Virus record (IMG/VR): IMGVR_UViG_3300027734_003164
Coordinates: 1-64,000 of that record
DNA: 64,000 bases
Source: a virus
Lineage: Duplodnaviria; Caudoviricetes
Reading direction: 5' to 3' (one strand)
Shown: positions 9,084 through 18,659 of the stretch, one piece after another
Layout of the letters: each line of letters begins with the position of its first letter
How positions within the stretch are numbered: position 1 is the first letter of the stretch
Program-made: the position numbers and the translations under genes
Notes under the pieces: generated by a model
What the model saw: the letters and a program-made list of their open reading frames with translations, nothing else
The model's database searches: none
What the model was told of the DNA's origin: nothing

Positions 9084-9631
9084 ATCTCAACGTAATACAC
9101 ATCAACCTTTATTCCTGTTCTTGGATATATTAGTTCATTTAAACAATCTTGGATGACATTTGAAATCTCACTTTGTATTTCCCATCCCACTTCGTCATCA
9201 TTTATAGCGTCTTTTAATGACATGTGTCTTCCATCCATAAGGGTTACAGAACCTCTTTTTGATGCTTGACAGTCTAATTTATATACATCATCTTGATTAT
9301 AAACATCAATAATAGCCCAATCAAAATCATATCCACCAACAAGTCTTTCGGGAAAGTCTCTTGTCGAAAAGTTACTATTTGATAGTTCATCAATTATTTC
9401 CATAGTTTTTTTTTCTCCACCAATGTAGTCATTAAAAAACTCAGCATAGTCATTAATATCCGTCCATTTATCTATACCAAAATACTTCAGCTCATCTTCA
9501 TCAAATGTTGGGTAACCGTATTCTTTAGTTTGTTTATCCCACATACTAATAAGAATATCAGAAATACGAGTGGGTTTTTTTGAATTTTCAACCACCATCT
9601 TCATTTGGGATTCTGTGATTATTATTTTCAT
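9080..9631 (-). CDS. MKIIITE-leader hypothetical protein
   Basis: Begins MKIIITESQMKMVVE. Confidence 0.75.
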   Translation of the reverse strand: MKIIITESQMKMVVENSKKPTRISDILISMWDKQTKEYGYPTFDEDELKYFGIDKWTDINDYAEFFNDYIGGEKKTMEIIDELSNSNFSTRDFPERLVGGYDFDWAIIDVYNQDDVYKLDCQASKRGSVTLMDGRHMSLKDAINDDEVGWEIQSEISNVIQDCLNELIYPRTGIKVDVYYVEI

Positions 9632-10656
9632 TTTTCAGAACCTAAAATAAAATTCATGTCTGTGATGAATTTTTCACTTTTTGCTAAATCCATAACAATG
9701 TCTTGTGGTAATTGTCTTCCTAAACCGTTTACCCCATATTTTTGTCCAAAATTATTTAATGTTTCAATTGTTTTTTTTGTTGAGTCGTCACCAATTAAAA
9801 ATTCTTCATATTCTTTTTTTGACAAGTCAGGAAATATTAGTTCACCACTAATGGTTGGATTTTGAAAAATTCTTGATGAAAATCTAATTTGCATCGCCCC
9901 TTTTGTTTTTGGTGCATTAATCATATCAACAGTCAATCCCAATTCAATTAATTTTTCTTTACTAAAATAATACATTTTTATTCTTTGGTTTTCCATTGGT
10001 ATTCCGACTAACATACCATCTATTTCAGACATGGCTTCTGTTAATATGTCTTTAGCAATGTCTAAAAATACCGGGTCTTGACTTTCAACAAGCCACTTTA
10101 ATGGATTACTTTCTTGTATAATTGAAGCTAACTCTTTTTTATATTCTTCGTCTCCTTGAAAATTATTGTAGTATGTTGAAAAATTGGTTTTAATTGATTT
10201 TAATACTGGCGATTCACTTAACTTGTTTAATGTTTTAAGTGAATATTGTGAACCGTCCACTGCAACTACATCGTATGGTGATGTTTTAGATTCAGATATT
10301 TCAGCATCTAATAATCCGGCAATTAAACCTTCAAAATCAAAACCTCTACTTCTAGATTTTATAAATCTTCTATAGTAGTTGTCAAATCTAAATCTATTTC
10401 TTATTGTTACGTTTGATAGGTCTAAAGACATTAAACCTGTTATTGTTCTATTAAAATTAATGGTTTTTCTTGAGTTTTCAGCCTGTATAATATTTGATAT
10501 GGCTTCTTTAGCCGCAAACATATCTAACGGAATTAATCTAATTTTTTGAAGTTCTCTACTCATTAACTTTTGTAATTCCTTATCGGACATCTCATTAATA
10601 AGAGATTCCACTAATCTTAATTTTTTTTCTGCGTTGTCAAAATAAAAGTTGCTCAT
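9628..10656 (-). CDS. Hypothetical protein, possible PD-(D/E)xK nuclease fold
   Basis: G.DFEGLIA...PYDVVAVDGSQYSLKT spacing resembles E...PD...(D/E/S)xK. Confidence 0.45.
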   Translation of the reverse strand: MSNFYFDNAEKKLRLVESLINEMSDKELQKLMSRELQKIRLIPLDMFAAKEAISNIIQAENSRKTINFNRTITGLMSLDLSNVTIRNRFRFDNYYRRFIKSRSRGFDFEGLIAGLLDAEISESKTSPYDVVAVDGSQYSLKTLNKLSESPVLKSIKTNFSTYYNNFQGDEEYKKELASIIQESNPLKWLVESQDPVFLDIAKDILTEAMSEIDGMLVGIPMENQRIKMYYFSKEKLIELGLTVDMINAPKTKGAMQIRFSSRIFQNPTISGELIFPDLSKKEYEEFLIGDDSTKKTIETLNNFGQKYGVNGLGRQLPQDIVMDLAKSEKFITDMNFILGSEK

Positions 10657-10662
10657 ATAATA

Positions 10663-11778
10663 TTAAATATAATCTAAAAACATTTCGTTTATGTTTCTTC
10701 TTGTTCTGTCCCAATCAGGATAATCGGGGATTCTAATGTCAATACATTCTATTTCATCATTATAAATCATACCATTAATAAGTGAAGTATATCCACCAAA
10801 ATATTCTAAAAATGAATCACTATAAGTTCCGCCTTTGTTATTTTCTAAAAATGTTTTTATAATTCCAATAAAATCTCTGATTTTAATATATTGGTCGTAT
10901 TTAGTTTTTTCACCAACCTTTCTTGGAACCTCATCAATACGACCCTCGAAGTATTCACTAAGACCTTTATAAACGGCGTCATAAATCTCATCTTCGTATG
11001 CTTGATTTTCAGAGTTATAGTAAATACTTATTAGTTCATGACCAATATCTTCTAAATCTTTTTTGAAAAGTTCGTTTGATGCGTCACTATCGTTTAATAG
11101 GTCGTTTAAATCTTCAGGTCTTATTCTAAAATAACCTTCAGTTCCTTGAATTTCAGATAAATGTTCAAAAAAGTCGGAATTATAATCCTCTAATGATAAT
11201 TCTTGATTTCCTATTTTTTTATAAATAACATCTTTAAGATGTGTAATATTAGAATCATTTAAATCATGTATTGTATCATGTGGTGTCATACCAGAATCAA
11301 AATACCAATCGTGACCTAAACCATCTTCACTTAAAATTAATTTTGCAACATGTCTGGGGTCACTATCACTTCTTCTACTACCACTACAAAAATATTCACT
11401 TAACTCTTCTCTATCTCTTAAACTTAGATAAAAACCACCATTTCTAATCTCAACATCGGTAATTAAATTTTTGACTATATAATAAACTGTGTCTTCGTAG
11501 TTGTCTTCTAAACCTTTTAAAAGTAATATATTTTTTAGTTCTTCAGGTGCGTTGTCGTAACTAAGATTTGTTAAAACACCATTTTCATCTAAAAAATGAA
11601 TAAGTTCATCATCCCAAGCACGATAATATATTTGACCTAAATCAATTTCATCTAAAAGACCATATTTTTTAACAAACTTAAAAAAAGTAATAAGGTCGTT
11701 AAAATACGGCTCAATTTCATCTTCAAATTCACCGTCATTAAATGAATCAACTAATTGTCTTGCTCTTTCTGAACTCAT
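10663..11778 (-). CDS. Acidic hypothetical protein
   Basis: 371-aa ORF; TATTTAT at 11784-11790. Confidence 0.7.
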   Translation of the reverse strand: MSSERARQLVDSFNDGEFEDEIEPYFNDLITFFKFVKKYGLLDEIDLGQIYYRAWDDELIHFLDENGVLTNLSYDNAPEELKNILLLKGLEDNYEDTVYYIVKNLITDVEIRNGGFYLSLRDREELSEYFCSGSRRSDSDPRHVAKLILSEDGLGHDWYFDSGMTPHDTIHDLNDSNITHLKDVIYKKIGNQELSLEDYNSDFFEHLSEIQGTEGYFRIRPEDLNDLLNDSDASNELFKKDLEDIGHELISIYYNSENQAYEDEIYDAVYKGLSEYFEGRIDEVPRKVGEKTKYDQYIKIRDFIGIIKTFLENNKGGTYSDSFLEYFGGYTSLINGMIYNDEIECIDIRIPDYPDWDRTRRNINEMFLDYI

Positions 11779-11790
11779 ATTTTATAAATA

Positions 11791-12693
11791 CTATAACTCT
11801 ATAGGTTTATTTTTGAATAGAACTTCAGTTTTGCTTAAAATTTCATATTTCCCTTCTATATTTTTAAATACATAAACATCATCTACATCGTATGAGGCAA
11901 ATACAAAATAATCAACAGGTTTTTTATCTAACCCTATAACATTATATGTAGTAACCAAATAACCATCTTTAGTTTCTTGAATGCTTGTCAGAGGTTTTAC
12001 TTGGAACTTTGCTGATTTTTCTTTTTTCTCGTTGGTCATTATAATATCAATGCCACTTCTATCTGAAGTTGAGCCAGGTAAATATCTTTTGGATAATTCC
12101 CAATCAGGTAGTTTTTCAACAACTTTTGATAAGAACTCGTGAGCCTTTCTTTCGTTCATCTCACCTCTCATAAGTGATGTTGCATTCAACTCAACCAAAT
12201 CTTTTAATATTGGACCTTCTTTAAAAATCTTATTTCTATTTCTTGACATCCACAATATAAAATCTTTTACTGACTCTTCGTTTGTTAAACTATTGGATGT
12301 TTCTTTTTCCCATAAATTAACCAAATACTTTCTTACTTGTGGGTTTGTATCAAAATAATTTATTATTGACCAGTCTCCACCTTCTTGTTCATAATCATCA
12401 AGACCTTTTTCTTTCATTAAATCAAAAACGGTATATATGTTTACAAATCCTCCACGACCTCTTGTTCCTCTTCCTTCTTGGTCTGACCAATTTGTATTTC
12501 CGTATATATCTTTTAGTATAAAAAAGACTTTTTCTTTGAATGGTTTGGTGAACTCAGGACTATCGATAGTAATATTACTTTCAATATTGGTGTCTTCAGT
12601 AGTATCATCTTCAAAATCTAAAGAAAGTTGTTCACCTTCTATTAAATTCATTAATTTTTTTATTCTTGTTATATCTTCGTTAATACTTTTCAT
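11791..12693 (-). CDS. NEDITRIKKLM-leader protein, possible PD-(D/E)xK nuclease C-terminal domain
   Basis: Begins MKSINEDITRIKKLMNLIE; GEMNE...DRSGIDII...KFQVKP. Confidence 0.5.
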   Translation of the reverse strand: MKSINEDITRIKKLMNLIEGEQLSLDFEDDTTEDTNIESNITIDSPEFTKPFKEKVFFILKDIYGNTNWSDQEGRGTRGRGGFVNIYTVFDLMKEKGLDDYEQEGGDWSIINYFDTNPQVRKYLVNLWEKETSNSLTNEESVKDFILWMSRNRNKIFKEGPILKDLVELNATSLMRGEMNERKAHEFLSKVVEKLPDWELSKRYLPGSTSDRSGIDIIMTNEKKEKSAKFQVKPLTSIQETKDGYLVTTYNVIGLDKKPVDYFVFASYDVDDVYVFKNIEGKYEILSKTEVLFKNKPIEL

Positions 12694-13424
12694 TACACTA
12701 ATTTTATTTCTTCACGACTCCCAACAAATGAGTCTCCATAGTTTTCGTAATATTCTAAATTCATTTCTTTATCTTCCAAATCAAAATATATTGTTCCTTC
12801 ACCTCCCTCGTCATTTTCAAATCCCGAAGCATATAAATCTAACATTTCATAACCCAAATTTTCTATATTTGCAGAATAATTACCGTCATCAATAGAACCA
12901 CTGTCACCATAACCACTAAAATTCATTTCAAAATCAGTATTACCATCATTTTCATCAATTAAAGATTGTACAAAATTATCATCATTTAATTTTTCATATA
13001 GTCTTTCGGTATTTTGATTCCACCAATTTCTAGATTGTTTAGATAATTCATCAAATGATTTAGTTATGTTATTATTATTAACACCTTGTGTATAAATAAC
13101 TGTGGTAACTTCAAAAGTAGATGTAAGTGGTGTGTATTTTATAGTTAATGAGCCACTTCCTGTACAACTATCACAATCAGTTTCAGAAAGTAATATATCA
13201 TCATATTCTTTTTCAATGTAATTTATAATTTCATCAAAGTAGTGTTCAATACCACCTATCGTATCCATTCTACTAAAATCAGACCAATTAAGATATAATC
13301 CACCGTCTACTTCATCATAACTATAATCCCAACTTATATCTCGGTCGTCCATTGTTGCACGACAATATAAATTAAACTTTTGTAATTCTTTTTTAAATTC
13401 TTTAGGTACTTTAATTTCTTTCAT
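12693..13424 (-). CDS. DUF6878-like protein
   Basis: FSGYGDSGSID...GFENDEGGEGTIYFD motif; adjacent to DUF6915-like gene. Confidence 0.55.
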   Translation of the reverse strand: MKEIKVPKEFKKELQKFNLYCRATMDDRDISWDYSYDEVDGGLYLNWSDFSRMDTIGGIEHYFDEIINYIEKEYDDILLSETDCDSCTGSGSLTIKYTPLTSTFEVTTVIYTQGVNNNNITKSFDELSKQSRNWWNQNTERLYEKLNDDNFVQSLIDENDGNTDFEMNFSGYGDSGSIDDGNYSANIENLGYEMLDLYASGFENDEGGEGTIYFDLEDKEMNLEYYENYGDSFVGSREEIKLV

Positions 13425-13444
13425 AATAATAAATACTTCAATAT

Positions 13445-13798
13445 TTAATCTTCAAACTCTAATTTTTTTGTTCTTGTAACCCATAATGGTTTTTCACCTG
13501 ACATTAATACTTTAATCCAATCAGACGCAGATGGAATATGACCATCACAATCTTCTCTTACATGTTGTTCTCCAACGTATCTGGTGTATACTGTTTTATT
13601 ATCGCTATTTTTAAATTCAGGTCCAAACCTTTGTTCCATTTCAAAAATACCTTCTGAATGGTGTCTGAACGCTCTGTGTAAAGAATGGCCATACCAACTT
13701 TTGGTTTCATCTAACCAATTATGTAAATGAATATAATCTTCCCACTTTCCACCAAACTTTTTGGCGGAACTTTTTGCGTGTAAAATTGGATGTGCCAT
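13445..13798 (-). CDS. DUF6915-like protein
   Basis: MAHPILHAKSSAKKFGG..EDY..LHNWLDETK...HRAFRHH.EGIF...VGEQHVREDC.G.IP...DW. Confidence 0.7.
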   Translation of the reverse strand: MAHPILHAKSSAKKFGGKWEDYIHLHNWLDETKSWYGHSLHRAFRHHSEGIFEMEQRFGPEFKNSDNKTVYTRYVGEQHVREDCDGHIPSASDWIKVLMSGEKPLWVTRTKKLEFED

Positions 13799-13800
13799 AA

Positions 13801-14157
13801 CTAATCTAAATTTGGAAAATATTCAATAACCTCATTAATTTCCAACGATACGTGCAAATTTTCTAAGATTAATGTTTCAAAAAAATCTCTTGTTTTTTTA
13901 TTTCTATATATATCAGAAAATAATTCCGTTAAATCATTTACAAAATTTTTATGATGGTAATCAATACCAGTAATCTCATTAATTTTACCCCAAGACAACA
14001 TTACTTTATTGTTTTTAAAATTACCTAAATAAATTGAGAGGGGTTCTTTCAAACAATTTTCATTAATGTCACTAATAAAAATCATTTTTCTTGATGGCAT
14101 ATAACTTACCACATAAAACTCTTTGATATAATTTTTAACTTTGTCACTCAGTTTCAT
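13801..14157 (-). CDS. Hypothetical protein
   Basis: 118-aa ORF, coupled overlaps. Confidence 0.6.
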   Translation of the reverse strand: MKLSDKVKNYIKEFYVVSYMPSRKMIFISDINENCLKEPLSIYLGNFKNNKVMLSWGKINEITGIDYHHKNFVNDLTELFSDIYRNKKTRDFFETLILENLHVSLEINEVIEYFPNLD

Positions 14158-14465
14158 TTAACTATTTTTAAAACTTCTGAGTTTTCGTATTCGATTTCTA
14201 TAATATTAGTTTCTTCTGTTGCATTTTTTAAATCGTCAACGGGTATTTTATTTTGATTGGGTTTGAATAAAACTTTATATCTTTTTGTGGAACTCAGAGT
14301 TGGTTTTTGAAATAAGTTTATTTGATATTCGTTTGCACATTCAACAAACGTTGGAAACTGGTCGGAAACTGTTACAATTGCAAAATCCCCAATTTTTACA
14401 TCTTCATCAATTACAAAATACGGTTCATCATCTATAAAAAAAACTTTAACTCTTTCTTTTTTCAT
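14154..14465 (-). CDS. Hypothetical protein
   Basis: ORF with ATG at 14465. Confidence 0.6.
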   Translation of the reverse strand: MKKERVKVFFIDDEPYFVIDEDVKIGDFAIVTVSDQFPTFVECANEYQINLFQKPTLSSTKRYKVLFKPNQNKIPVDDLKNATEETNIIEIEYENSEVLKIVK

Positions 14466-14665
14466 CACTTTATAACTTGTATTATTTCTGTTTTATAGTA
14501 ACATTTTTTTTGATTTTCTATATGGTAATGGTATACCCTTATGAATGATGAATCGTTTTCTATTTTATATTCAGAATATGCATCGCAACCGGCATTTTTT
14601 TTACTTCTACAGGATGTTAATAATATTAAGAAAGTTATAATTGTTAGTTTAAATAAAGTTTTCAT
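14465..14665 (-). CDS. Small putative lipoprotein
   Basis: Hydrophobic N-terminus ending LLTSC (lipobox-like). Confidence 0.55.
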   Translation of the reverse strand: MKTLFKLTIITFLILLTSCRSKKNAGCDAYSEYKIENDSSFIRVYHYHIENQKKCYYKTEIIQVIK

Positions 14666-14837
14666 TTTCTCCTGTATTTTTTTCTTTAGGGACCATTTTT
14701 AATGACCATGGGTCAAAACATATAAATAACTTACATTTTTTTACCTCATGTACCATACAATCATAATATAAATCATCCTTAAGTATAGGTTTAGTTATTT
14801 CCGTTTCGTAAATTTTTTCTTCGTACTCTAATATCAT
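14649..14837 (-). CDS. Hypothetical protein
   Basis: 62-aa ORF; start uncertain. Confidence 0.45.
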   Translation of the reverse strand: MILEYEEKIYETEITKPILKDDLYYDCMVHEVKKCKLFICFDPWSLKMVPKEKNTGENENFI

Positions 14838-15024
14838 TTTTTTTATTCATTTCATTTTTAATTTCTTCCCAATCTTCTCTTTTAACTGCGACTCTAGTAT
14901 CATCAATAGTAAAAAAAACTTCATTTGGAAACTCTAATGCGTCTTTAATTTTATCAAGACTTACGGTTATTCTAGTATAATAAATAGATTCATTTGCAAA
15001 TCTTACCATTAATTCTTTTTTCAT
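14791..15024 (-). CDS. Hypothetical protein
   Basis: 77-aa ORF. Confidence 0.55.
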   Translation of the reverse strand: MKKELMVRFANESIYYTRITVSLDKIKDALEFPNEVFFTIDDTRVAVKREDWEEIKNEMNKKNDIRVRRKNLRNGNN

Positions 15025-15038
15025 TTCTTAATAATAAT

Positions 15039-15070
15039 AAAAAAAGGTGACTCCATCAATGGGAGTCACC
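15039..15070 (-). terminator. Rho-independent terminator overlapping the RNA ligase stop
   Basis: GGTGACTCC / GGAGTCACC 9-bp stem followed by a T run on the minus strand. Confidence 0.8.
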
Positions 15071-16177
15071 AACATTATTTTTCTCCCCGTAGATTAAGTA
15101 GTCAGGATTGATAACTTTACCAACTTTGTGACGCTCACCATCAATATGTTTAACAACAACACCTTCGTGTGGAACTTTAGTCCCCATGATAAAGTTATTG
15201 AATACATGTCTATCTTGTTCATCTTTGGACCACGGACCTAAATAAAGAACAGGAACTCTTGGTAAGTCTAAGACCTCAAAGAGATGTTTTTCATCATGGT
15301 ATGGTAAGTATTTACCATTTAATTCAACATCAAAACCAGCAAACCTTAAACCCTCAAGTCCGTAGTCGTAATTCTTTTGGATTCCATGTCCGTAGATTTC
15401 ACCGTATATTATCAAACCATCACCTAAGTATTCTTCAGAAGCAAATGTTTTTACAAACTTCCATAGTTTATTTTTGATTTCGTAATTATCAGCAATTGTT
15501 CTCCATACATCAGTAGAATAAAACCCTTGAGAATCAGAACCTTTTTCAACGTTGTGGGAACCGTAAACATACTCATACCCAACCCATTTAACTCCAAACA
15601 ATTTTTTAACTCTATCTAATATTGAAAGTTTTTTCTTTCTTACGATACCATAACGAGCGTTAGTTCCGTGAAGTTTACGAGTGATTGTAACTAAGTCCTC
15701 TTCATTAAACATCTCAGGTGCGTTCTTCAAGTTAGGGAACTTGTAGTAGACGTGGAAGTTAGGGTTTTGGTGGTATTTGAATTTTCTACCTCCAACACTT
15801 AACTGAATTGTTTTAACTGGTGGTTCGTATTTAAATATCTCAAGTAATTCCATGCAGTCAGAACCTTCATACCTATATTTTTCAGGAACAAACCCTATTG
15901 GTATTATTAAACATTCAGAATAAACCCCACGAAGTTTCACAGTTCTTACTCGTTGTCCTTTTCGTAAATAACTAGTAACACCCATAGCGTCAGAAAGTTT
16001 CAATGGTATTATTGCATCTGTAGTTGCAACAACAACCAAATCAGTTACTTTATATTCACCTTTTTTAACTATCGTATTCCAACCACCAACCATTGCAAGT
16101 TCTATGTTATCAGCCCCTTCTATTGGTAATATATCACATACTAAACCAACATAACATACACTATTTAAATTTTCCAT
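15056..16177 (-). CDS. ATP-dependent RNA ligase (DRB0094/Rnl2-like family)
   Basis: N-terminal PIEGADNIELA.VGGW..IVKKG; motif I KLHGTN, III YGEIYG, IIIa FAGFDV, IV EGVVVK, V KVINPDYL. Confidence 0.85.
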   Translation of the reverse strand: MENLNSVCYVGLVCDILPIEGADNIELAMVGGWNTIVKKGEYKVTDLVVVATTDAIIPLKLSDAMGVTSYLRKGQRVRTVKLRGVYSECLIIPIGFVPEKYRYEGSDCMELLEIFKYEPPVKTIQLSVGGRKFKYHQNPNFHVYYKFPNLKNAPEMFNEEDLVTITRKLHGTNARYGIVRKKKLSILDRVKKLFGVKWVGYEYVYGSHNVEKGSDSQGFYSTDVWRTIADNYEIKNKLWKFVKTFASEEYLGDGLIIYGEIYGHGIQKNYDYGLEGLRFAGFDVELNGKYLPYHDEKHLFEVLDLPRVPVLYLGPWSKDEQDRHVFNNFIMGTKVPHEGVVVKHIDGERHKVGKVINPDYLIYGEKNNVGDSH

Positions 16178-16179
16178 TT

Positions 16180-16443
16180 CTATATTCTTTCAAATTCTTC
16201 TTTAATTAATTCTATTTCACCATTCAACCTTTCAAGTTCTTTAGAAATCATTTCTCTAATAACTTCTCTGTTGTAAATTGTAACCTCTTCTTTTCTTGAG
16301 AGAAATGCATTTGATGCGTTAAATTCAATCGTCACATTTAAAGAACAAGATTCTAACGCAGATTCTAATTTACGCTTCTGTCTTTCTAATCTATCAAGGT
16401 CTTCTTTGATTTTTTTTGCTTGTTCAAATTTTTCTAATTCCAT
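16180..16443 (-). CDS. Hypothetical coiled-coil protein
   Basis: 87-aa ORF. Confidence 0.6.
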   Translation of the reverse strand: MELEKFEQAKKIKEDLDRLERQKRKLESALESCSLNVTIEFNASNAFLSRKEEVTIYNREVIREMISKELERLNGEIELIKEEFERI

Positions 16444-16452
16444 AACTATTTT

Positions 16453-16875
16453 TTATACTGTGTGTTCAATTTTAACTCTTATACAATTTTGTTCCATTCT
16501 ATTTAAGTGTAGGTAATTGTTGATGTAACCCATCATATTACCACTACCAACAGCATTCGCAGAATGGACTACAACCTCAACCACAGGTTTACCATCTAAC
16601 CATTGATTAACTAACCATTTAGTGCAATCCATACCAGTCTTTTCAGTGATATTATCGTAGTTAATTGTGTAGTTTTTTACGACTCCGTAATGCCATTCTT
16701 TCATTGCACTATCACCTAAGTCGTGGTCTAAAGATATTAGTTCAATGTTCTCCAAACCAATTTCATTTATCTTACTAACAAATTCATCATAAGAACGAAC
16801 AACAATCCAACTTGGGTCTACTGGGGTACGAACGTCATCTAAATAGATTCTGTATTTTTGTTTTTCTAATTCCAT
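16453..16875 (-). CDS. Cyclic-phosphate-processing receiver-like domain protein
   Basis: IYLDDVRTP, ISLDHDLGD, TGMDC..WL, VHSAN.VG..NM; TATATTTG promoter at 16880-16887. Confidence 0.7.
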   Translation of the reverse strand: MELEKQKYRIYLDDVRTPVDPSWIVVRSYDEFVSKINEIGLENIELISLDHDLGDSAMKEWHYGVVKNYTINYDNITEKTGMDCTKWLVNQWLDGKPVVEVVVHSANAVGSGNMMGYINNYLHLNRMEQNCIRVKIEHTV

Positions 16876-16899
16876 ATCACAAATATATTAATTATTTTT

Positions 16900-17424
16900 T
16901 TAATCTTCACCATCTTCTTCAGAATATTTTACCTTCATACTTCTTGGTTCAGTAAAATCCCATGTCTTACTTTCAAACTCTGTAACCCATTCATTAACAT
17001 CTTCTCTTGTCCAAATCGGAGCAAACATAGGTCGGTACTTTAATGGTTTATCTTTACATTCTTCCCACTCATCAAGTCGTTGTGTTACATCATCAATAAA
17101 GTTTTTTTCTTTGTTGTATTTAACCCAGTCACGGTAATCATCTTCTGATTTAATAAACATAACATCACCATAGTTTTCAAACTCCATTTCAGGAAATTCC
17201 AAATTTGGATTGTTGGTATAAACATCAACAATTCCATTATCACCATAATATGAATCACAAAGTTCTTTTAAACCATATAAACTACTTGGTTTTTCTTCCC
17301 ATACACTACCGAACTGACGAACAGAACAGATATATAAATAACCATCTGTGTGGTTATATATTCTACTGTTAATTTCATTTCTTAATGAAATAAGTTCGTC
17401 CATTGTTAGTTTTTCTAAATTCAT
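16900..17424 (-). CDS. Hypothetical protein
   Basis: 174-aa ORF. Confidence 0.65.
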   Translation of the reverse strand: MNLEKLTMDELISLRNEINSRIYNHTDGYLYICSVRQFGSVWEEKPSSLYGLKELCDSYYGDNGIVDVYTNNPNLEFPEMEFENYGDVMFIKSEDDYRDWVKYNKEKNFIDDVTQRLDEWEECKDKPLKYRPMFAPIWTREDVNEWVTEFESKTWDFTEPRSMKVKYSEEDGED

Positions 17425-17429
17425 AATTT

Positions 17430-17783
17430 CTATAGTATTACAATATCAATTAGTTTAGTTAAACAAGCAAGTTCTGCTTCTTCGTAGGTGTCATATTTTA
17501 CAAAATTATTAGTTACTTTTTTACCTCTTTCAAAATTTTCCTTTTTTGATAAATCTTTAGGTTTTATACCAGCCATATCTGAAGTAATGATTCCATACTT
17601 TTCTACATTTGGTAAATAGTTTACTTCACTATTTAATTTATACTTCTCTCTAAACCATCTTAAAACTAAAGCTTGTTCTGAAATTCTTTCATCACTATTT
17701 AATGGTAAATCATCTAATTCTTCTATTGTAGTAGCAGAATAATGTATGTAACCAAGTTTTTTTAATTCTTTAAATATTTTCAT
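17430..17783 (-). CDS. Hypothetical phage protein
   Basis: QALVLRWFREKY...TYEEAELACL.KLI-type motif. Confidence 0.65.
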   Translation of the reverse strand: MKIFKELKKLGYIHYSATTIEELDDLPLNSDERISEQALVLRWFREKYKLNSEVNYLPNVEKYGIITSDMAGIKPKDLSKKENFERGKKVTNNFVKYDTYEEAELACLTKLIDIVIL

Positions 17784-17818
17784 AATTTCTCTATTTATTT
17801 TCCATAATTTTTTATTTT

Positions 17819-18181
17819 TTAATCAACATCATACAATCCGTCCTTTTGAGAATCGTCCATCATTTTTATTAAAAGAGCTTCTCTACTATACTTTCTAATT
17901 AGTTTAAAAATTTCTGTAATATCTGTAAATTCTGACGGAGGACTATCAAGTCTACCAGGAAGAAATATCAAAGTAAACCCGTGATTACCATATAACTTCT
18001 CTTTCACTTTAATACTACAAATTTCATCAATATAAACCCAAGGGAAGTTACCCTGAAGTTTAATTTCAATTCCAATTTTTTTCAATCTTTCTACAAAGAC
18101 CTTGATTTTATCGCCAGTCAATTTTGTAGAGTCATCTTCTCTTTCCATATAGGTTCCAAATTTAGTTTCTATTATTTTCAT
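17819..18181 (-). CDS. Hypothetical phage protein
   Basis: Start moved to MKIIETKF to give an ATGA overlap; RLKKIGI.I.L.GNFPWVYIDEI motif. Confidence 0.6.
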   Translation of the reverse strand: MKIIETKFGTYMEREDDSTKLTGDKIKVFVERLKKIGIEIKLQGNFPWVYIDEICSIKVKEKLYGNHGFTLIFLPGRLDSPPSEFTDITEIFKLIRKYSREALLIKMMDDSQKDGLYDVD

Positions 18182-18441
18182 TTCATTAATTCCAAAAATA
18201 TTATTACAACAACGGACCCGAACAAATATCCAAGTCCTGAACATAATGCCAATCTCATTCTTTCCTTCCAAGTTTTTGACTCAACCATAAATCCCACGAA
18301 AGGTAGTGATAAAAATGGTCCGATGAACGCAAAAAATAACATTCCAATATAGTTCTTGTCAGCAACTACTGTAATGTAAAATGTGCTTCCAATTTCTAAT
18401 ATAAGTGCGGAGAAAAAAACAATCAAATACTTTTTAATCAT
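18178..18441 (-). CDS. Small membrane protein
   Basis: Three hydrophobic segments. Confidence 0.65.
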   Translation of the reverse strand: MIKKYLIVFFSALILEIGSTFYITVVADKNYIGMLFFAFIGPFLSLPFVGFMVESKTWKERMRLALCSGLGYLFGSVVVIIFLELMK

Positions 18442-18659
18442 CGAAGAACATATTGATGAATTACTATCACTAATTTTCCTTCGAATATGGCTCTATCGTT
18501 TTTTATGTCAATATTCATCCAACCCAAATCTTCTTTGAGTCTATTGGATTGAACTTGAACTTCGTGTTCAGCATCTTTTTGATTTTTAAAAAAACCAAAG
18601 TAGGAATCACACCCACCCGTTTTATCACATACTCCGTATATAAATTCTCTACCATCCAT
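18438..18659 (-). CDS. Hypothetical protein
   Basis: 73-aa ORF. Confidence 0.6.
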   Translation of the reverse strand: MDGREFIYGVCDKTGGCDSYFGFFKNQKDAEHEVQVQSNRLKEDLGWMNIDIKNDRAIFEGKLVIVIHQYVLR

